A stretch of 64,000 nt of DNA from Candidatus Eiseniibacteriota bacterium (GTDB taxonomy: Bacteria; Eisenbacteria; RBG-16-71-46; CAIMUX01; VGJL01), in contig CAWBWI010000001.1 in the NCBI GenBank assembly GCA_963792585.1, positions 320,001-384,000 of the forward strand, given 5' to 3'. Positions within the stretch are counted from its first letter, which is position 1. Each line of letters begins with the position of its first letter. Under the pieces are notes generated by a model. It was not told the DNA's origin. It made no database searches and was given only the letters and a program-made list of their open reading frames with translations. Shown one piece after another: positions 39,264 through 49,178 of this stretch. Both the position numbers and the translations under genes were made by a program.

Positions 39264-41672
39264 GTGAACGAACACGTCCTCGAACTGATCGAGTTTCCCA
39301 AGGTCTGCCAACTGGTGGCAAGCCGTGCGTCCTCTGCGCGCGGCAAACGCACCGCCATGCTCCTGCGGCCGATGACGGATCGCGCCGTCATCCATGCCGC
39401 TCTCGACGCGGTCCGTCAAATGCGTCAGCTTCAGATCGCCGGACACGACGCCGGTGCGATCGACGTGGGCGATATCGATTCGATCCTCGCCCGGCTCGGG
39501 ATCGAAGGAGATCTGCTCCAACCCGACGAGCTGATCGAACTGAAGGGGTTTCTCGCGATCAGCACGCGCGTGCGCCGGTCGCTGGGACGTCCCGAGTTCG
39601 CCGTATCGTACCCCGCGCCCTATGCGCTGGCCGTTCGCTTCGGTGACTTCCACTCTCTGGTGGGCCGTCTCGACGAGGTCTTCGAGCCCTCGGGCGAGTT
39701 CCTCGACACGGCGAGCCCCGGTCTCCAGCGGATTCGTCGGAATCTGCGCAACGCGCGGGTCGAGACCGGCGAGGCGCTCGCCGGCCTTGCCCGCCGCGTG
39801 AGCGCGAAACCGGAGGAGACCTTCGTCACGCTCCGCGAGGGGCGCTATGTGCTGGCGGTCCACGGCGGCGACCGTGCCCGCGTCCAGGGGATCGTCCACG
39901 GGCACTCGGGCTCGGGCCAGACGGTCTTCCTCGAACCGATGCAGGCGATCGAGCGCAACAACGCCATTGCCGAGATGGAGTCCGCGGAGCGGGAGGAGCG
40001 GATCGAGATCCTGCGCGAGCTCAGCCGGAGGATTCGAGAAGTCGCGCCCGTGATCGAGGAGAGCTACGCGCTCTCGACCGAACTCGATCTGCTCCGCGCG
40101 CGGGCCCTGCTGGCCGGGGATCTGCGCGCAGGCGTGCCGGCGCTCAACGACGGGGAAAAGTTGCGTCTCGTCGGCGCCCGCCATCCGCTTCTCGCCGAGG
40201 GGGAATCCCGCGGCGGCGCGCGCGTGGTTCCGCTCGATCTCGAACTCTCCGGGACCGCTCGCACCCTCGTCCTCTCGGGTCCGAACATGGGGGGCAAGAC
40301 CGTCGCGATGAAGACGGTCGGACTCACCGTGGCGATGGCACAGGCCGGGTTGCTCGTTCCAGCGGGGGACGGCACAGACCTGCCGGTCGTCGACGGGATC
40401 TTCGCGGACCTCGGCGACGAGCAGTCGATCGAGCAGGAGACGAGCACCTTCGGTGGGCACCTCCGGAACATCGCCCTCGCGTGGGAAGGAGCGACGGAGC
40501 GCTCCCTGGTGCTCCTTGACGAACTCGGCGGCGGAACCGATCCGGACGAAGGGACCGCGCTCGGGAGGGCCGTCCTCGAGCTGCTGACCGACCGGGGCGG
40601 GTTCCTTCTGGCGACGACGCATCTCTCGGGGCTCAAGATCGTCGCGCACGAGCATCGTCGGATGACGAACGCCGCGATGGAGTTCGATCCCGACACGCAG
40701 CAGCCGACCTACCGCCTCCGGCCCGGGGCGCCGGGTCGTTCGCGGGCATTTGAACTGGCCCGGAGGATGCTGCCCTCCGGCGATCTCCTGGAGCGGGCGG
40801 AGGGATACCGATCGCGGATGACCGCGGAACTGGACGAGCTGCTCGGAGATCTGGAGAAAAGGCGCGCGGAGCTCGATGAGGAACTCGCGCGCGCGCGCGA
40901 CCACGAGGAAGTTCTTCGCCGGGCGACGGAACGGCGCGATGCGCAAACGGAGAAGCTCCGGCAACGACTCCAGGCGATCCGTGAGGCGCGATGGGAGAGC
41001 GCGGGGGCGACGCTTCGGGAGGCGGAGAACCTGCTGGCCGAGGCCCGCCGGATCCGTTCCGGCCTCGATCGGGCGGAGCGCTCGCGCACGAAAGAGGAGG
41101 CCGAAGCGCTCAAGGAGGTCGAGGACTCGGTCGCGAGCGCCCGCGCGCACTCCCGCGCGCCGCGCGATCCGCGTCTATCGCCGCTACGGGCCTCGGATGC
41201 GCGGCCCGGGACACACGCGTTCAGCAGGGACCTGAAGTCGCTCGTGCGCATCGAGTCGGAGCCCGACGCTGCGGAGAAGGTCTGGATCAGCCACGGGTCG
41301 CTCCGATTCCATGTTCCGGTCGGATCGCTGGCCCATCCGGTCGAAGGACAGCCCGTCGGGCCGACGCGACCCCGTCGGGACACCGTTCGTGGACCCGCCG
41401 AACCGGCTTCGGTCGAACGCGAGATCGACGTGCGGGGACTCTCCGCGGAGGAAGGGGTCGAGCGGGTCGAGCGGTACGTCGATCGTGCCTCGATCGCCGG
41501 GGTCCCGGAGGTGCGGATCATCCACGGCAAGGGGACCGGAATCCTGAAGCGCGCGATCGAGGAGTTCCTGGGAGACTCGACATTGGTCGAGACCTTCCGC
41601 ATCGGCGAGCCGCGCGAGGGCGGTTGGGGCGCTACGATCGTGCGGCTCCGCTCCGCCCAGGTCGGGGACTGA
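39264..41672 (+). CDS. mutS2: MutS2 (ATPase plus Smr domain)
   Basis: LEFPKV-like N-terminus, GIVHGHSGSGQTVFLEP, GPNMGGKT, DELGGGTDPDEG, coiled coil, IDVRG..IIHGKGTG. Confidence 0.94.
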   Translation: MNEHVLELIEFPKVCQLVASRASSARGKRTAMLLRPMTDRAVIHAALDAVRQMRQLQIAGHDAGAIDVGDIDSILARLGIEGDLLQPDELIELKGFLAISTRVRRSLGRPEFAVSYPAPYALAVRFGDFHSLVGRLDEVFEPSGEFLDTASPGLQRIRRNLRNARVETGEALAGLARRVSAKPEETFVTLREGRYVLAVHGGDRARVQGIVHGHSGSGQTVFLEPMQAIERNNAIAEMESAEREERIEILRELSRRIREVAPVIEESYALSTELDLLRARALLAGDLRAGVPALNDGEKLRLVGARHPLLAEGESRGGARVVPLDLELSGTARTLVLSGPNMGGKTVAMKTVGLTVAMAQAGLLVPAGDGTDLPVVDGIFADLGDEQSIEQETSTFGGHLRNIALAWEGATERSLVLLDELGGGTDPDEGTALGRAVLELLTDRGGFLLATTHLSGLKIVAHEHRRMTNAAMEFDPDTQQPTYRLRPGAPGRSRAFELARRMLPSGDLLERAEGYRSRMTAELDELLGDLEKRRAELDEELARARDHEEVLRRATERRDAQTEKLRQRLQAIREARWESAGATLREAENLLAEARRIRSGLDRAERSRTKEEAEALKEVEDSVASARAHSRAPRDPRLSPLRASDARPGTHAFSRDLKSLVRIESEPDAAEKVWISHGSLRFHVPVGSLAHPVEGQPVGPTRPRRDTVRGPAEPASVEREIDVRGLSAEEGVERVERYVDRASIAGVPEVRIIHGKGTGILKRAIEEFLGDSTLVETFRIGEPREGGWGATIVRLRSAQVGD

Positions 41673-41675
41673 TCG

Positions 41676-43427
41676 ATGGGCCTTCGGGGAAGCGACCCGT
41701 TCGTCGAACAGGTCCGTCTGGCCACCGACATCGTCGGCACGATCTCTTCCTATATCGAGCTCAAGAGGGCAGGAAAGCGCTGGAAGGGGCTCTGTCCATT
41801 CCACACGGAGAAGAGCCCTTCGTTTTTCGTCCACGAGGAGAACCAGACCTTCTACTGCTTCGGCTGCCACCAGGGCGGCGACGTCTTCCAGTTCGTGATG
41901 CTCCAGGAGAAGCTGACGTTCCCCGAGGCACTGCGCATGCTCGCCGAGAAGGCGGGCATCCCGATCCCCCGCGCGAGCGCGCGGGGGCAGTCGGAGGATC
42001 GGATCGGGGAGGCCCTCGACGTCGCTTCGGAGTTCTTCCGAAGCTCTCTCGGCGCGCCCGAGGGAAGGGCCGCGCGGGACTACTTGGCGGCGCGGGGAAT
42101 CGATGGAGCGCAGATCGCCCGCTTCGGGATCGGCTGGGCTCCGGCTTCCTGGGATGCCCTTCTGCGCCATGCGCGACGGTTGCTTCCCGAACGGCCCCTG
42201 CTCCAGGCCGGCCTGGTGGTGGAGGGGGAGCGGGGTCTCTACGACCGCTTTCGCGAGCGGGTCATCATCCCGATCCGCACGGCGGGGGGGCGCACCGTTG
42301 GGTTCGGCGGTCGGCTCCTGGGACCGGGGGAACCGAAGTATCTGAACTCGCCCGAGACGCCACTCTACAAGAAGGGAACCGTTCTCTTCGGCCTCCCCGA
42401 GGCGCGGGAGGGGATCCGTCAGGCGGGCAACGTGCTGGTCGTGGAGGGCTATTTCGATGTCATCGCCCTTCACGCCGGCGGGATCGACTGGGCCGTCGGG
42501 ACCTGCGGAACCGCCCTGACGCCGGAGCAGGCCGGTCTCCTCCGGCGTTACAGCGAGCGATGGACACTCCTATTCGACGGGGACGCGGCCGGTCGCGCGG
42601 CGGTCCTGCGAGCCCTCGACGCCGTTCTCGGCGTCCATCCGGGGGTGAGAATCGCGATATGCCCGCAGGGGGTCGACCCAGACAGCTGGATTCGGCGCGA
42701 CGGCGCCGCGGCCGTCCGCGAAGGCTGTGAGCGCGCCCTCACGCCACTGCAATACCTGGAGGGCTGGGCGCGGGAGGAGGGGCTCACGATCGAGGAGACC
42801 CTGCCGCGGGTGGCCGAGATGCTGCGCAAGGTCACCGATCCGCTGATCCGGGACCGTTGGGTTCAAGAGGCCGCGGGCCGGTTCCATCTGGCGGAGCGCC
42901 GGGTCTGGGAAGCCGTGGGCACCCCGGTGCCCGCCGCGCGGATCCCGGGAGTCGAGCGGGCACCGTTCCGTCTCGCTGCCAGGGAACGGCAAATCGTCGC
43001 CGCCGCCGTCCAGCATCCCGGTTTGGCCGCGGACCTGCTCGATGCGTGTGCCGGGGTGCCCGGAATCGGGGATATCTGCCTGGAGATCCTGGCCTGGATC
43101 GATGCCCGGAGTCAGGCGGGAGTGCAGGATCCCGCCGAGCTTCTCTCTCTGGCCACCGAGGAGCCGAACCTAATGCGGGATTTTGCGTTCTTGCACGAGG
43201 AGGGAGGAAGCGCCGAGTCGGAAGAAGGGGGGCTCCTGCCGGAAGATCTGATCCGCCGGCTGCGGACCCTTGGGCTGCAACACCGGATGCGGGATCTGAC
43301 CGATCGGATCCGACACGTGGAGGAGCAGGGGGTCGACGTTTCCCCCCTCCTGGGCGAGAAACAACGGCTGGCCGCCGAATTGCGGGCCCTCCAGCCAGGG
43401 GGGGCGACAGGCGATGGAAACTTCTAA
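41676..43427 (+). CDS. dnaG: DNA primase
   Basis: GLCPFHTEKSPSF..CFGC, DRFRER, PKYLNSPET, VVEGYFDV, FDGDAAG, DPD. Confidence 0.96.
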   Translation: MGLRGSDPFVEQVRLATDIVGTISSYIELKRAGKRWKGLCPFHTEKSPSFFVHEENQTFYCFGCHQGGDVFQFVMLQEKLTFPEALRMLAEKAGIPIPRASARGQSEDRIGEALDVASEFFRSSLGAPEGRAARDYLAARGIDGAQIARFGIGWAPASWDALLRHARRLLPERPLLQAGLVVEGERGLYDRFRERVIIPIRTAGGRTVGFGGRLLGPGEPKYLNSPETPLYKKGTVLFGLPEAREGIRQAGNVLVVEGYFDVIALHAGGIDWAVGTCGTALTPEQAGLLRRYSERWTLLFDGDAAGRAAVLRALDAVLGVHPGVRIAICPQGVDPDSWIRRDGAAAVREGCERALTPLQYLEGWAREEGLTIEETLPRVAEMLRKVTDPLIRDRWVQEAAGRFHLAERRVWEAVGTPVPAARIPGVERAPFRLAARERQIVAAAVQHPGLAADLLDACAGVPGIGDICLEILAWIDARSQAGVQDPAELLSLATEEPNLMRDFAFLHEEGGSAESEEGGLLPEDLIRRLRTLGLQHRMRDLTDRIRHVEEQGVDVSPLLGEKQRLAAELRALQPGGATGDGNF

Positions 43428-43487
43428 TGGACAGTGGGGTAACTTGCTGGCAAAATCAAGGATTGCGTCAGAAAGGAGTACTCCAGC

Positions 43488-45300
<1,813 letters not shown>

Positions 45301-45370
45301 CGTGGCTTGCTTGACGGGGCTCGTCATCGTTTGGTGAGACCTGCGGATCTCGGGAGCCCCGATCGGATGA

Positions 45371-45443
45371 GGGCCCATAGCTCAGGGGTTAGAGCAGCCG
45401 GCTCATAACCGGTCGGTCCTTGGTTCGAATCCAAGTGGGCCCA
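45371..45443 (+). tRNA. tRNA with CAT anticodon, probably tRNA-Ile2 (lysidine); CCA not encoded
   Basis: GGGCCCA/TGGGCCC acceptor stem, CCGG-CTCATAA-CCGG anticodon arm, GGTTCGAATCC T-arm; lies directly after rpoD. Confidence 0.9.
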
Positions 45444-45471
45444 AAGGCGTCGGACAGAGGTGTTGGAACTA

Positions 45472-45547
45472 GGGCGGGTAGCTCAGCTGGCAGAGCATCG
45501 GCATCACAAGCCGGGGGTCGCAGGTTCAAGTCCTGTTCCGCCCACCA
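45472..45547 (+). tRNA. tRNA-Val(CAC)
   Basis: 76-nt cloverleaf, TCGGC-ATCACAA-GCCGG anticodon arm, GGTTCAAGTCC T-arm, ends ACCA. Confidence 0.9.
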
Positions 45548-45592
45548 TCCTCTCGAGACGACCGCCCGTATCTACCGGACGTGGTATTGGAA

Positions 45593-45631
45593 TCAGGGGG
45601 CGGCCCGGCAGGGAACGCCCCCTGACTTCTT
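45593..45631 (+). terminator. Terminator-like hairpin after the tRNAs
   Basis: TCAGGGGGCG/CGCCCCCTGA stem followed by CTTCTT. Confidence 0.55.
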
Positions 45632-45667
45632 GATCGGCATTCATATGGGTAGAAGGAAGGTCAATTC

Positions 45668-46387
45668 GTGATCAGTGTCCAAGATCAGAAAGCGCTCCTT
45701 GCGTTGCGGGACCTCGACCGACAGACCGATCGGCTCCGCGAACGCGCCCTCGTGATTCCGCGGGAACTCGACCGGCTCAACAAGGAGCTCTCGGTCCATC
45801 AGGAATTCCTGGATGACGAGGAGCGCAGACTCGCCGATCTCAGGCTCGACCGGAGCCTGGCGGAGCGCGAGATCGAGGAGGCGAAGAAACGCCGGCGCGA
45901 GATCGAGGAAAAGCAATTCCGCATCCGGAACAACCAGGAGTATCAGGCCAACCTCCGCGAAGTCGAAACGATGAGGGAGAAGGCCTCCCAGTCCGACGAG
46001 CGCGCCGTCGAGATCCTGATCCAGGAAGAGGATGTGGCCAAGGAGATCGATCGGCTTCGGTTGATCGTCCAGGAAGAACAGCGCAAGCACGGCGAGGCCA
46101 GTGGCCGGCTGCGCGCGGAACTCGCCGTGGTGCAGGCCGAACTCGACGCGAAGGAAGCGGACCGCAAGGCGGCCGTCGCGAGCCTGTCGCCCCCGCTGCG
46201 AAGCCGTTACGAGCGGATTCACAAGAGCAAGGGAGACCTTGCGATCGTCGGAGTCGAAGAGGGAAGTTGCGGGGGGTGCGGCGCCGGGCTGCCGCCGCAG
46301 CGCCTGCAAGAGGTTCGACGCTCCCGCGAGATCATACTCTGTGAGGGATGCGGTCGAATCCTCGTGGTCGGACCCGACGAGATCTGA
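45668..46387 (+). CDS. Coiled-coil C4 zinc-ribbon protein (DUF164/CT398-like)
   Basis: Long coiled coil, YERI, CGGC...CEGCGRIL; sits in the usual position beside rnpB. Confidence 0.9.
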   Translation: MISVQDQKALLALRDLDRQTDRLRERALVIPRELDRLNKELSVHQEFLDDEERRLADLRLDRSLAEREIEEAKKRRREIEEKQFRIRNNQEYQANLREVETMREKASQSDERAVEILIQEEDVAKEIDRLRLIVQEEQRKHGEASGRLRAELAVVQAELDAKEADRKAAVASLSPPLRSRYERIHKSKGDLAIVGVEEGSCGGCGAGLPPQRLQEVRRSREIILCEGCGRILVVGPDEI

Positions 46388-46398
46388 AACGATGTTGA

Positions 46399-46816
46399 GG
46401 GGAGTCGGTGTGTTGGTCGCGGGAGATCCTTTACCGGAGATCCCGAGGAAAGTCCGAACTCCGTAGGGCAGGGTGCTGGGTAACCCCCAGTGGGAGCGAT
46501 CCCAAGGAAAGCGCCACAGAAAGCAAACCGCCTCATTCCGCATGACGCGGGGGAAGACCGGCCCGGAAGGTGCAAGGTGCTCCTGTGTCGGAGCGGGGTA
46601 AGGGTGAAACGGTGAGGTAAGAGCTCACCAGTGCCCGCGGTGACGCGGGCAGCTCGGCAAGCCCCACCCGGAGCAAGACCAAATAGAGGAGGAGAGATGG
46701 CCCGTCTCGCGAAAACTCCCGGGTTCGGTCGCTCGAGTCGGACGGAAACGTCCGTCCCAGACAAATGACCAAAGCGGTGCGAGCCGCAACAGAACTCGGC
46801 TTACGGCCGGCTCCCC
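46399..46816 (+). ncRNA. rnpB: RNase P RNA (bacterial type A)
   Basis: GAGGAAAGTCCGAACTCC, GGAAAGCGCCACAGAAA, GGGTGAAACGGTG..GGTAAGAGC, GAGCAAG.CCAAATAG and ACAGAACTCGGCTTAC motifs; 5' and 3' ends pair as P1. Confidence 0.95.
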
Positions 46817-49149
46817 CTTCTTCAACTCCCATCGGTCCGCGCGGGCGGATCGTCCCGATCCTGATCGTCCTCCTCGGTCTGGGAATCGGGGGGCTGCGCC
46901 TCGCGGCGCCCCCCTCCGGCCTCTACCCCGTGGAGGGGGACAGCGCGAAGTACCACTCGATCGCCCAAGGGTTCGCCCGTCTCTACACACACCCGGTCGA
47001 GGGGCTCCGCCTCTGGTTCTCGCATGCGGCGACCGCCGAGGATCTGCACCGTTACGGCTTCGATTCCTGGGTGCTGCAGCATGCTCCGGCCTACACCGCC
47101 TCCCTGGGCATCGGGTACATCGTCGGCGGCGACCTTGCGGCGACGGGACGATTCCTGACCATGCTCCTCTTCGTCGCGGGGGCGTTGCTTCTCTATCTGC
47201 TCACCAGAGATCTCTTCGGGGCCTGGCCCGCGCTCGCCGCGGCGCTCCTCTATCTCTTCTGGCCGGCGAACTGGATGTACGGCGCGGCGATCTTGACCGA
47301 GGTCCCCGTCGCTGCGGCGGCCCTCGCCGCGTCCCTCGTCATGCACCGAACCGGCCATTCGACCCGTCGGCGATCCTGGATCCTCGGCGGACTCGCCATC
47401 GGGGTTTTGATCCTCACGAAGACGACCCTGCGCTTCCTTGCAGTGCCGTGGATTCTGCTGGAAGCGCTCATCGATCGCGCGCCGGGCCGCAGCCGGGTTC
47501 TTCATCGCGGAGCCTGGCGGCTGGTCGGCTGGGGGGCAACGCAGGCCGTCTGGTTGATCTTCCTCTGGGGATTCCACCTGTCACCGAATCCGCTCGCGCA
47601 GACCGGGGACGATTGGCTCTGGATCTACCGGGGCAACTACGTGCCCGACCGCGGATGGGAGACGGTCGGCATTGGCGATGCGTACACGCCCGAGCTCGTG
47701 GAAGGTTTCCGGCAGGCGCAGGGCCTTCCCGAGAACGAGGCGAAGGCGATGGGCTATCGGACGGCCTTCTGGACGACGATGCGCGAGGATCCGGGCGGGA
47801 TGCTGGCGTTGATGCTCGCGAAGGTGGGGATTTTCTGGCGATTCCCGGCGGTGAAGACCTTCGTCGACGCGGGCGGAATCGGTCTTCCGCCTCCCGCCCG
47901 AATCCAACCGGCCCTCGCCGTCGCGGCACTGCTCGGATTCGCCCTCTGTGTCGGAGCGGGGGCGCGGAGGTGTCTGCCGGCGATCTTCCCGCTGTTCCTG
48001 ACGGCGCTCCACGCGGCGACCCATCTGGTGAGCCGCTACAACGCGCCCGCGATTCCGTTCGCCATGCTCTATGCGGCGGGGGCAGCCTCGATCCTCTACG
48101 TCTTCTTGCGGACCCTGCTCCGCGCGCGGGGTCGGGAAGGGGGGATGCGTGTGGCGTTGGCGCGCGGAATTCCGATTCGAAGCCGTCTCCCATGGATCCG
48201 CGCGGCGGTCTTCGCGATTCCCCTTCTCATCCTCGCCGCCGGCGCATGGGCGAACGATCCCGACCCCGACCAGTCGCGCATCCGTCTCTCCCGTCCGGGG
48301 GACCGGGCGCGCCTCGTCCTCGACCTGCCCGAGAACGTCGGGCCCGAACCCTTCGTGTCCGGCGAGGTAATGCTCGATCTGCTTCCATCGCCTCGGGGGG
48401 CCGTCACCGTCTCGATCCGGATGAATGGGGAGGAGGTGGCGCGTTGGGAAGGCCGGCCGCCGAGCGATCCCGACGCATTCCTTCTCGAACGCGAGATCAA
48501 TCGACAGGACGACCGATATCGCCGCGTGTTGCGGTCCGTAGAGCGCAACTTGAACGAGTGTGTCCGCCGCCAGCGCGGGATGCAGGGGGCCGGGTACGAC
48601 ACCTACCGCCAGTGGTATCGAATTCCGGTCGACCCGGCCAAGGCCTTTGCGGGCCGCCAGGTGACGCTCGAGGTCATGCTCGTTCAATGCCAGGGCGGGT
48701 GGATCGATCTCTTCTGCGATCGGAACGCGCGGGCCGGGACGTCGGACAGCCGCGAACCCGGCCATGGAGAATTGCCGGCCCGAGTGATCGAGATGCCGGC
48801 CTTCTTCGACAATTCCTACGAGATCTCGAGCTACCGGTTCGAGGCTCTCAGTTCCGACCGAATGCTCGCCGACGCGCGGCTGGTTCGGCCCGTGAAGGTC
48901 TCGTCGAGCCGTCGGAGCGCAGAGCGGATCGACGCCGGTGGGGGCGCGCGGGCGCTGAAGGGCGAACCGCGGATGCGCCTGCGCGGCAAGCTCGCCGGGG
49001 GGTACGCTCTGGTTCGGGCCGCCGATGGGAAAGCCGACCCGGCATGGGTGAGCGATCCCGCCCAAGCCTTGCGACGGCTGACCCCGGACGAGATCCGTGT
49101 CCTCCAGGCCGATCGCGACCGCTATTTCAGCGGCTTCATCACCTTCTGA
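46765..49149 (+). CDS. Polytopic GT-C (ArnT/PMT-like) glycosyltransferase with a large C-terminal soluble domain (start uncertain)
   Basis: TM1 followed by GDSAKYHSIA, HAPAY, ILTEVP and LILTK motifs; 10 or more TM segments; C-terminal extracytoplasmic region. Confidence 0.7.
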   Translation: MTKAVRAATELGLRPAPPSSTPIGPRGRIVPILIVLLGLGIGGLRLAAPPSGLYPVEGDSAKYHSIAQGFARLYTHPVEGLRLWFSHAATAEDLHRYGFDSWVLQHAPAYTASLGIGYIVGGDLAATGRFLTMLLFVAGALLLYLLTRDLFGAWPALAAALLYLFWPANWMYGAAILTEVPVAAAALAASLVMHRTGHSTRRRSWILGGLAIGVLILTKTTLRFLAVPWILLEALIDRAPGRSRVLHRGAWRLVGWGATQAVWLIFLWGFHLSPNPLAQTGDDWLWIYRGNYVPDRGWETVGIGDAYTPELVEGFRQAQGLPENEAKAMGYRTAFWTTMREDPGGMLALMLAKVGIFWRFPAVKTFVDAGGIGLPPPARIQPALAVAALLGFALCVGAGARRCLPAIFPLFLTALHAATHLVSRYNAPAIPFAMLYAAGAASILYVFLRTLLRARGREGGMRVALARGIPIRSRLPWIRAAVFAIPLLILAAGAWANDPDPDQSRIRLSRPGDRARLVLDLPENVGPEPFVSGEVMLDLLPSPRGAVTVSIRMNGEEVARWEGRPPSDPDAFLLEREINRQDDRYRRVLRSVERNLNECVRRQRGMQGAGYDTYRQWYRIPVDPAKAFAGRQVTLEVMLVQCQGGWIDLFCDRNARAGTSDSREPGHGELPARVIEMPAFFDNSYEISSYRFEALSSDRMLADARLVRPVKVSSSRRSAERIDAGGGARALKGEPRMRLRGKLAGGYALVRAADGKADPAWVSDPAQALRRLTPDEIRVLQADRDRYFSGFITF

Positions 49150-49178
49150 ACGGCGTGGCCGTCCCTTAGAATGAGGTT

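Noticed and set aside
38532..41150. Very long antisense or alternate-frame ORFs (also 1312..3234, 15649..17409, 35072..36586, 60526..62760)
   Set aside because: They shadow well-supported genes and have no recognisable motifs, which is expected in high-GC DNA.
45311..45340. Promoter for the tRNA pair (TTGACG)
   Set aside because: No convincing -10 hexamer at 16-18 nt spacing, and it lies in an error-prone segment.
45371..45670. Integrative element at the tRNAs
   Set aside because: No integrase, no duplicated tRNA 3' end and no compositional shift; the flanking genes are core.
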